From an uncultured virus (IMG/VR IMGVR_UViG_3300044631_002251) (taxonomy: Duplodnaviria > Heunggongvirae > Uroviricota > Caudoviricetes): a DNA stretch of 20,000 bases. The notes below the pieces were generated by a model that made no database searches, was not told where the DNA came from, and worked only from the letters and a program-made list of their open reading frames with translations. The stretch lies in the IMG/VR virus record IMGVR_UViG_3300044631_002251. One strand, given 5' to 3'. The position numbers and the translations under genes are program-made. The stretch's first letter is position 1. Each line of letters opens with the position of its first letter. This document shows, one piece after another, positions 9,395 through 14,940 of this stretch.

Positions 9395-9757
9395 TTAGAT
9401 CGACATTTGACCAGAAGACCAAGGAAGCGGCGGCTGTACTACTAGTGGTGTTAATTGATTATATATTTCTAAATAAGCTAATTGTTCATAATAATATTTA
9501 GAACCTGTTCCCATCGTATCCCAAACCCAAGATAGAACTAAAGATTCTGTCAAATCAGGGTATGGAGTGAAGTTTCCACTGTTTGCAGGTAAAGACTGTA
9601 CGGTACAAATTTTTCCATAAAAAGGGCCACCGCTAATCCCTGAATAATATGACAAGCAATCCCAGTGAACTTTAAAAACATAATCTTTTTCCCCACTGAA
9701 GGTAGGATAACAATCCATTGCTGAAACTTGCCAATTTAATGAAATTTCTTCATTCAT
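9395..9757 (-). CDS. Phage protein, possibly virion/tail-fibre associated
   Basis: W.V..MDCYP...VFKVHW...FTPYPDLTE..VLSWV...PPLPW; preceded by GTGTA motif; function is inference. Confidence 0.65.
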   Translation of the reverse strand: MNEEISLNWQVSAMDCYPTFSGEKDYVFKVHWDCLSYYSGISGGPFYGKICTVQSLPANSGNFTPYPDLTESLVLSWVWDTMGTGSKYYYEQLAYLEIYNQLTPLVVQPPLPWSSGQMSI

Positions 9758-9848
9758 ACTTTTTTATACACTATAATAAAATTATTATTAAGATTTTCAT
9801 TTATTTTTTCACATTTGATGCTATGATATGTACAATTAGAATATAAGT

Positions 9849-10013
9849 ATGAAAAAATGTTTATACTGTAGCGAATTTATCGACACTGAAAACGACGATT
9901 ACCAAAAAGTCGGTAAGAAGTTGGTTTGTGTATTCTGCTATGAAGATTATGCAGATGAAATAGATAATAATTTTTCAGACGATGAAGAAGATAATTGTCG
10001 TGAAGAAGAATAA
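9849..10013 (+). CDS. Small Zn-finger protein with acidic tail (54 aa, not in ORF track)
   Basis: MKKCLYC...CVFC YEDYADEIDNNFSDDEEDNCREEE. Confidence 0.75.
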   Translation: MKKCLYCSEFIDTENDDYQKVGKKLVCVFCYEDYADEIDNNFSDDEEDNCREEE

Positions 10014-10024
10014 ATAGTGTAATA

Positions 10025-10125
10025 TATAGTAGCGCAAATATAAACTGTTCAAACTTTGATCTATTGATTAAAAAACAGTAAGACCCGAAGCGCATCAAGC
10101 TTGTGTTTGATATCGGGTCTTTTTT
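10025..10125 (+). ncRNA. Candidate small RNA (two hairpins, ends in terminator)
   Basis: After GTGTA at 10017; ACTGTT/AACAGT stem with inner TTTGATC/GATTAAA; no + strand ATG ORF. Confidence 0.4.
10081..10125 (+). terminator. Intrinsic terminator
   Basis: AGACCCGA/TCGGGTCT stem with inner ATCAAGC/GTTTGAT, followed by T-run. Confidence 0.7.
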
Positions 10126-10169
10126 CGTCCCCACCCTCTCATTTTTCTCAAAAAATCTTGCGAAGCCCC

Positions 10170-10197
10170 TTGACAGCACCTAAAAACCTGATAAAGT
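10170..10197 (+). promoter_or_regulatory. sigma70-type promoter with extended -10
   Basis: TTGACA-16 nt-TAAAGT with TGn; ATG at 10206. Confidence 0.75.
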
Positions 10198-10205
10198 GGT
10201 CGCGT

Positions 10206-10457
10206 ATGGAAAATCCATCACCCAAGATTGGTCGTGGTCGTCCCAAGGGAGCGACCTCCACTGTTGAAATCACGTTGGGCGAGCTTCTCGCGAAGCTTAA
10301 CAACGATGCGAACGCCACTGTTGTTGTTGGTCGCGTTTGGTACAATAAGTACCAGAACGTGCCTGTAGCTTCAGCGCAAGATGGCGATTCACTTCCTCAA
10401 GAGATTCAGAATCAGCTTGACGAGGAGCCTGTTGCAGAGTTCACTATCACCCAGTAA
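10206..10457 (+). CDS. Small AT-hook DNA-binding protein
   Basis: GRGRPKG AT-hook core; start moved to ATG 10206 after the promoter; TAATG overlap with next gene. Confidence 0.75.
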   Translation: MENPSPKIGRGRPKGATSTVEITLGELLAKLNNDANATVVVGRVWYNKYQNVPVASAQDGDSLPQEIQNQLDEEPVAEFTITQ

Positions 10458-11386
10458 TGAACTACTTCGCTGAACTTGTTGGGCAAGAAGAAGTCAAACG
10501 CAAGCTTTCATTTTATTTGGAAGCTCATGCTAAGACTGAACTTGTACCGTTTTTGAACTTCGTTGGTGCAAAAGGTTTGGGCAAGACTGCATTTGTTCGC
10601 GAATTTGCCAAGAACATTTATAACACCACCGGAGTCAATAAGCCACTGCTTGAGCTAAATAGCTCTAGTATTAAATCGGGGAATCAGTTTTTCGAACAAG
10701 TTTTTCTGCCCCATATTCAAGATCAAGAAATTATTTGTTTCTTTGATGAAGCGCATTGTCTGCCAAGAGACTTTACTTACGCATTGCTATCTATTCTCTC
10801 TACAGAGAAAGATCATGTAATTGATTATAATGCTGGTAAAGCAAATTATATCTTCAATTTCAAGAAGCATCATTTTATATTCGCGACAACTGAATCAGAT
10901 AAGCTATTTATTCCGTTGCGTGATCGACTGACGACGATTGAATTTGCAGATTATAATACAAATGAATTGAAGGAAATTTTTCAAAAAGCTCTACCAAATA
11001 TTGAGTTTGATGAAGAAGCTCTATCAATGCTGTCTGAAACTTCCAGAGGCAATGCCCGTTCTTGTGTGCTTCGCGCCAAAGAAGTCAAGCTTTATGCTGA
11101 TCGATTTGAGATCACGCGATTTACCAAAGAAGATGCTGAGAAGTTGTTTTATATTCTTGATATTCTTCCTTACGGTTTGAATAGAATTGAGTGGCAGATA
11201 CTAAATATTTTGCGTAAAGAAGGTAGCTGTACTCTTTCTATGCTCGCTGCAAAAACTGGTTTGTCAAGAACCGCGATTCAAAGGGATTTTGAATTGTATC
11301 TTATTCGTAAAGGGTTTATTAGTATTGATAATGTTAGATATATTACGAGTAATGGATGCAAAGTATTAGAACTAGTTAAGAAATAG
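10457..11386 (+). CDS. ruvB: RuvB-like Holliday junction branch-migration AAA+ ATPase
   Basis: ELVGQE, Walker A GAKGLGKT, FFDEAH, FATT, PLRDR, SRGNAR, C-terminal winged helix ELYLIRKGFI. Confidence 0.85.
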   Translation: MNYFAELVGQEEVKRKLSFYLEAHAKTELVPFLNFVGAKGLGKTAFVREFAKNIYNTTGVNKPLLELNSSSIKSGNQFFEQVFLPHIQDQEIICFFDEAHCLPRDFTYALLSILSTEKDHVIDYNAGKANYIFNFKKHHFIFATTESDKLFIPLRDRLTTIEFADYNTNELKEIFQKALPNIEFDEEALSMLSETSRGNARSCVLRAKEVKLYADRFEITRFTKEDAEKLFYILDILPYGLNRIEWQILNILRKEGSCTLSMLAAKTGLSRTAIQRDFELYLIRKGFISIDNVRYITSNGCKVLELVKK

Positions 11387-11404
11387 TGTATAATATTTAA
11401 GTGT

Positions 11405-11479
11405 GCTTCGCAAGCATAGATGCCGATGCAGGGGTTTTGTAAACCTCAGAGCAGAGTTGAAGTCTCTGGCGAAGCTCCA
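11405..11479 (+). tRNA. tRNA-Thr(UGU), non-canonical D/T loops
   Basis: GCTTCGC/GCGAAGC acceptor, GGGGT-TTTGTAA-ACCTC, CAGAG-TTGAAGT-CTCTG, encoded CCA. Confidence 0.85.
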
Positions 11480-11485
11480 ATTTTT

Positions 11486-11950
11486 ATGAAAAGAAGTTTG
11501 TATAAAGAAGAAATTCTCAGGTTGAGATCTGAGGGCAAAACATACTCGGAAATTGCGAGTATTTTGAATTGCTCAAGGACATTGGTAACATATTTTCTAA
11601 ATGTGAATTATCAATCAAATCATCAAAATCGATCTAAGACTTTTAAAAAGACTAATAGATTCGCAAAGAAAGAAGAAATAAGAAACAAGTTCGGCGGCAA
11701 ATGTCAAATTTGTTCTTATGACAAGTGTCAAAGCGTACTGAGTTTTCATCATCTTCCCGGTACAAATAAAAAGTTTACTATTTCAGATGCGATAGTAAGA
11801 AAAAGAAAATCAGATGAAGAATTAGTAAATGAGTTGAAAAAATGTATTTTGGTTTGTGCGAATTGTCACGGTGAGATTCATGCGGGGATCACAGAAATTC
11901 CAGAAGGTATCAAGAATCCCTTGACAATCAGTGAAAGTATGGTAGATTGA
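11486..11950 (+). CDS. Free-standing HTH-HNH (Zn) homing endonuclease
   Basis: HTH GKTYSEIASILNCSRT, CQIC...SFHH...CANCHGEIH; real start 11486 because the upstream extension is the tRNA. Confidence 0.85.
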   Translation: MKRSLYKEEILRLRSEGKTYSEIASILNCSRTLVTYFLNVNYQSNHQNRSKTFKKTNRFAKKEEIRNKFGGKCQICSYDKCQSVLSFHHLPGTNKKFTISDAIVRKRKSDEELVNELKKCILVCANCHGEIHAGITEIPEGIKNPLTISESMVD

Positions 11951-12050
11951 TCGCGTTCTTTGGATGCAGCAGGTAGTTGAAGGTAGTTTGAAATTTCTGC
12001 TAAGTCCCCTTGACAATCGAAGAAAGTATGGTAGATTGTCAACGTTCTTT
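11918..12050 (+). repeat. Tandem duplicated promoter cassette (11918-11961 and 12007-12050)
   Basis: CCCTTGACAATC-n3-GAAAGTATGGTAGATTG-n4-CGTTCTTT twice, 37/44 identical; TTGACA-16-TAGATT with TGn. Confidence 0.85.
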
Positions 12051-12056
12051 AAATTT

Positions 12057-12129
12057 TGCGGGTTGGAGAAGAGGTCATCTCGTCACGCTCATAACGTGAA
12101 GATCATCGGTTCGAATCCGATACCCGCTA
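12057..12129 (+). tRNA. tRNA-fMet(CAU)-like initiator tRNA
   Basis: U1xU72 mismatch, GCGGGT/ACCCGC, GAGA/TCTC D stem (A11-U24), CTCATAA loop, TTCGAAT; no encoded CCA. Confidence 0.85.
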
Positions 12130-12138
12130 AGTTTCCCC

Positions 12139-12183
12139 TTGACAAAGGCAACATACTAAAGTAGGATGTTGAAGTTCTTTAAA
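12139..12183 (+). promoter_or_regulatory. sigma70-type promoter plus boxA-like element
   Basis: TTGACA-17-TAGGAT then GTTCTTTAAA. Confidence 0.7.
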
Positions 12184-12185
12184 AT

Positions 12186-12769
12186 GCAATCGTAGCTCAG
12201 TTGGTAGAGCAACAGACTTGATGTTATCGCAAGATAACAAGGGTCCATGTATAGGAAACTGTGCATGAGTAAGGTGTAAATTCGGTGAACGGGTAGCAAT
12301 GACAGATTTCAAAAGAATCTGCAATATGTAAATATATGCCCCCAACGCCGAGCGAAGTTTTAGGCAAACGCTAGAGAAATAATAGAAGAAAGGATTGTGG
12401 GTAAATAGGCGCAATAGTGACCTACCATGATTGCTAGGCTACCCGTCTAGCCACTTAATTGTGATAAATTCTATAGCCTCATAATAAAAAACGTGTAGAG
12501 ACTATAATCACCTATCTAAAATTAGCACGGTAAAGGCATGAGAATCGTCGGGTAAGCTAAACTCGCAAGAGAGGAACCCCTGACAGCTAATTATGATAAA
12601 GGCATAGTCCAGACCACAAACAGTAGTAGCGAGAAATCTGTATCCAATGAAGTTTAGTAATTGGTAATTAGTATTCAATCAATTATGTAACAACATTCTA
12701 CTGGTAGTGAAAACTATAGTGGTAGGTTTAATCTGTGAGTCGCGGGATCGTTCCCCGCCGATTGCACCA
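12186..12769 (+). tRNA. tRNA-Lys(UUU), split by group I intron (exons 12186-12218 and 12727-12769)
   Basis: Joined exons give GCAATCG/CGATTGC acceptor, ACAGA-CT|TTTAA-TCTGT, GCGGG-ATCGTTC-CCCGC, ACCA. Confidence 0.9.
12219..12726 (+). mobile_element. Group I self-splicing intron (IC3, Azoarcus-like), 508 nt, no ORF
   Basis: P AAATTCGGTGAAC 12278, Q AACGCCGAG 12344, R TGTAGAGACTA 12494, S AAGGCATAGTCC 12599; P1 GACU/GGUC with U.G; terminal G. Confidence 0.92.
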
Positions 12770-12792
12770 TTTTTTTCAGTTCTTTTAAATTT

Positions 12793-12863
12793 TAAGCAGT
12801 GAAGTCACTATCATTATAATGTGTGTTATTTATGATAGATGGAAATACGTTTCCCGCTGCTTA
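12793..12863 (+). ncRNA. Candidate small three-way-junction RNA
   Basis: TAAGCAGTG/CGCTGCTTA closing stem, CTATCAT/ATGATAG arm, GGAAA-TACG-TTTCC hairpin. Confidence 0.5.
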
Positions 12864-12871
12864 TTTAATTT

Positions 12872-12942
12872 GAGTAAAGAGTAAGAATATGTTTGTCATT
12901 CGGTAATATATTCTGAAACATAATTGGAATTATACTTTACTC
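12872..12942 (+). ncRNA. Candidate small three-way-junction RNA with loop-E-like motif
   Basis: GAGTAAAG/CTTTACTC closing stem, AGTA-[AGAATAT/ATATTCT]-GAA, ATAAT-TGGA-ATTAT hairpin. Confidence 0.5.
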
Positions 12943-12980
12943 TTTTCGTTCTTTAAAATTTAATATGTAGTAGTTTCTAT

Positions 12981-13053
12981 GGGCCGTTAGCATAATGGTT
13001 TGTGCAGCGAACTCATAATTCGTCGGTTGCTGGTTCAAGTCCAGCACGGCCCA
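12981..13053 (+). tRNA. tRNA-Ile2(CAU, lysidine type); elongator Met less likely
   Basis: GGGCCGT/ACGGCCC, GCGAA-CTCATAA-TTCGT, GCTGG-TTCAAGT-CCAGC as in ileX-type tRNAs; no encoded CCA. Confidence 0.8.
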
Positions 13054-13077
13054 CAGAGGCTATTGCGTATTTTTAGT

Positions 13078-13153
13078 GGTCCCGTAGCTTAACATCAAAA
13101 GCGTTCTCTTTATAAGGGATTGACTGTGGGCGAAAATCCCACCGGGACTACCA
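13078..13153 (+). tRNA. tRNA-Ile(UAU), non-canonical D/T loops
   Basis: GGTCCCG/CGGGACT, TTCTC-TTTATAA-GGGAT, GTGGG-CGAAAAT-CCCAC, ACCA. Confidence 0.75.
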
Positions 13154-13157
13154 AAAC

Positions 13158-13232
13158 GGTCCATTCGTCTAGTGGTTAGGACAGTAGGTTTTCAACCTAT
13201 TAACAAGAGTTCGATTCTCTTATGGACTGCCA
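13158..13232 (+). tRNA. tRNA-Glu(UUC)
   Basis: GGTCCAT/ATGGACT, GTCTAGTGGTTAGGAC D arm, GTAGG-TTTTCAA-CCTAT, GCCA. Confidence 0.92.
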
Positions 13233-13243
13233 AATTTTTCCCC

Positions 13244-13288
13244 TTGACAGGGGCCGCAATCTCTAGTAGATTGTGCGTGTTCTTTAAA
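13244..13288 (+). promoter_or_regulatory. sigma70-type promoter plus boxA-like element
   Basis: TTGACA-17-TAGATT then GTTCTTTAAA. Confidence 0.75.
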
Positions 13289-13292
13289 TTTT

Positions 13293-13761
13293 GGCGCGAT
13301 GATGAAATGGCAGACATAGCGGACTCTTAAGGGTCCATACATGAGAAATTGTGTATGAGTATGGTGTAAATTCGGTGAACGGCTCGTTTCTTGATGAAAA
13401 GCAGCACTAGTGCGGTAGTGAGAAGTCAGATATTTGTAGGTTTCAAACTCACATTAATAAAAGTCGAAACCTTCTAGTCAAGAGACAACCCAACGCCGAG
13501 GCAAGCTAATTGAAGTTCATAAAAAGGACAGATATTAGAAGCTGTAGAGACTATAATCACCTATCTAAATTAATTCGGGGTGAATGCCCTTAAATGGGAG
13601 ATGTTACCTTTGTAAATGAGCTAAACGAAAGCTCTTCGGATTAATATGATAAAGGCATAGTCCAGACCACAAACAGAGAAATCTGGTAGTGAAAACTATA
13701 GTGGCAGGTAAAATCCGCTGGTAGAGATACCGTAAGGGTTCAAGTCCCTTTCGCGCCACCA
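13293..13761 (+). tRNA. tRNA-Leu(UAA), split by group I intron (exons 13293-13325 and 13709-13761)
   Basis: GGCGCGA/TCGCGCC, GCGGA-CT|TAAAA-TCCGC, long variable arm GGTA-GAGA-TACC, TTCAAGT, ACCA. Confidence 0.9.
13326..13708 (+). mobile_element. Group I self-splicing intron (IC3, Azoarcus-like), 383 nt, no ORF
   Basis: P 13368, Q 13492, R 13543, S 13652 identical to the Lys intron; P1 GGACUC/GGGUCC with U.G; terminal G. Confidence 0.92.
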
Positions 13762-13784
13762 TTTTTGTTCTTTTATAAAATTTT

Positions 13785-14390
13785 TCCAATAAGATGCATC
13801 CAGCTTCCAAGAGCAAACCCATGTTAACAGGACTTGGTAAATCCGTGTTATGGACGGCAGATGAGGAAAAATTGCGGTTTGGGAGTAATTACCCAAGCCG
13901 CAATACAATTTTGCAGCAATGAGGGCAGTCGTCTACATAAGACGTAGTTTGGGGTAGCCAGTGAAAAGCCTCTCGGAAAGGATCTGGTAGAAACTAGGGC
14001 AGAGATCAAATTAAAAAATAGTGCTTTTCGAACTATTTGGATTGATTGAAGCCGATATCTAGTTGGGAACACATCAAGCAACTGAACGACCTGATCTGCA
14101 AAAAACATACAGTGCGCCCAAGCGATCTTGTTTTGAGTCGCTTTACACTGAGTCAACAATGGGCAATAATTTTATTCGATGTCAGCAGACTCACGATGCT
14201 GAAAAAAGATACGCCGATTGCAAGCGGCGTAGTCGTGGAGAGTGAGTGGGTTGATCTATGCAAGATATCGTGTTATAGATTATAATAAGCTCTGAAGGTT
14301 TTCCCGTAAACCAACATCGAATATATTTCTCATTAGAAGGACAATGGGCTTCATGCCCCGTTCTGTAAAAAGACTTACTTCTAGTGGGAT
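13785..14390 (+). ncRNA. Large structured noncoding RNA candidate (GOLLD/ROOL-like or new class)
   Basis: ~600 nt, GC-richer than flanks, no credible ORF, many hairpins plus long-range and crossing helices, directly after tRNA-Leu; ends approximate. Confidence 0.7.
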
Positions 14391-14412
14391 TTTAATTTTT
14401 TTGAAAAAGCTG

Positions 14413-14440
14413 TTGACTTCTTGGAAAAAGCTGATAAAGT
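14413..14440 (+). promoter_or_regulatory. sigma70-type promoter with extended -10
   Basis: TTGACT-16-TAAAGT with TGn; ATG at 14450. Confidence 0.7.
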
Positions 14441-14449
14441 ATACCCACA

Positions 14450-14758
14450 ATGAATACGAAATTGTTTGTTCTATTAATTGCTGCTACCTCTTTGGTTGGA
14501 TGCCGCAGAGAAAATGATCCAGAAACTCGCGCAATCAATCAAGTAAATGCAAATGCGCCTGAATTTGTTGCCAATACTCCAAAAGGAAAATTGTATCGAA
14601 TTATTATCGATATAGGTGCGGGTCGTCACGAAGATCGTATATATTACTTCGAGAATAGCAATGAAGTGAACATAAATAAAACAATTCAATCTGGAAAAAC
14701 AAGTCGCACCGAAACTTCCGTAATTATCGACGGAAAAGAGTATATTCTCAAACAATAA
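14450..14758 (+). CDS. Putative lipoprotein
   Basis: MNTKLFVLLIAATSLVGC signal peptide with lipobox LVGC. Confidence 0.78.
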   Translation: MNTKLFVLLIAATSLVGCRRENDPETRAINQVNANAPEFVANTPKGKLYRIIIDIGAGRHEDRIYYFENSNEVNINKTIQSGKTSRTETSVIIDGKEYILKQ

Positions 14759-14770
14759 TTAAAATAAAAC

Positions 14771-14923
14771 ATGAAAGAAACTTCTATCAAATACGGAATC
14801 AATATTGGCAACGCATTAGCTGTTGCTATCAGTTGGAGCGTCAATAAGAGCATCCTCTGGGCTATTCTTCATGGATTGTTTGGTTGGTTTTATGTGATTT
14901 ACTACGCAATTGTTCGGGATTGA
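14771..14923 (+). CDS. Small membrane protein (50 aa, not in ORF track)
   Basis: MKETSIKYGINIGNALAVAISWSVNKSILWAILHGLFGWFYVIYYAIVRD. Confidence 0.8.
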   Translation: MKETSIKYGINIGNALAVAISWSVNKSILWAILHGLFGWFYVIYYAIVRD

Positions 14924-14940
14924 GTAGTTAAAAAAACCCC

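Noticed and set aside
11918..12144. CCCTTGACAA repeats as a CRISPR array
   Set aside because: Irregular spacing, match to -35/-10 promoter boxes, no cas genes
12362..12420. GGCAAAC...GAAA...GGCGCAA as a c-di-GMP-I riboswitch in the Lys intron
   Set aside because: Could not build the required P1/P2 helices with correct spacing; left to an Rfam scan
12217..12731. Alternative splice registers giving Asn(GUU) or a 34/35 site
   Set aside because: They give 8-nt anticodon loops or an intron not ending in G; only CT|TTTAA fits the U.G and terminal-G rules
13391..13472. TTGATGA...GAAAC in the Leu intron P5 insert as a hammerhead ribozyme
   Set aside because: Core is not CUGANGA and the stems do not fit hammerhead topology
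13863..13875. GAGGAAA resembling the RNase P RNA P4 motif; tmRNA also considered
   Set aside because: No GAGGAAAGUCC or matching 3' P4 strand; no tRNA-Ala-like ends for tmRNA
14112..14125. GTGCGCCC resembling a group II intron 5' end
   Set aside because: No domain V hairpin (AGC triad/GNRA) or AY 3' end found downstream; the bases fit local helices
11420..14285. ORF-track entries in the RNA island (5' extension of 11420, 11822, 11964, 12127, 13604, 13696, 13848, 14046, 14063)
   Set aside because: They overlap tRNAs, introns, promoters or the structured RNA, lack recognisable motifs and have atypical composition
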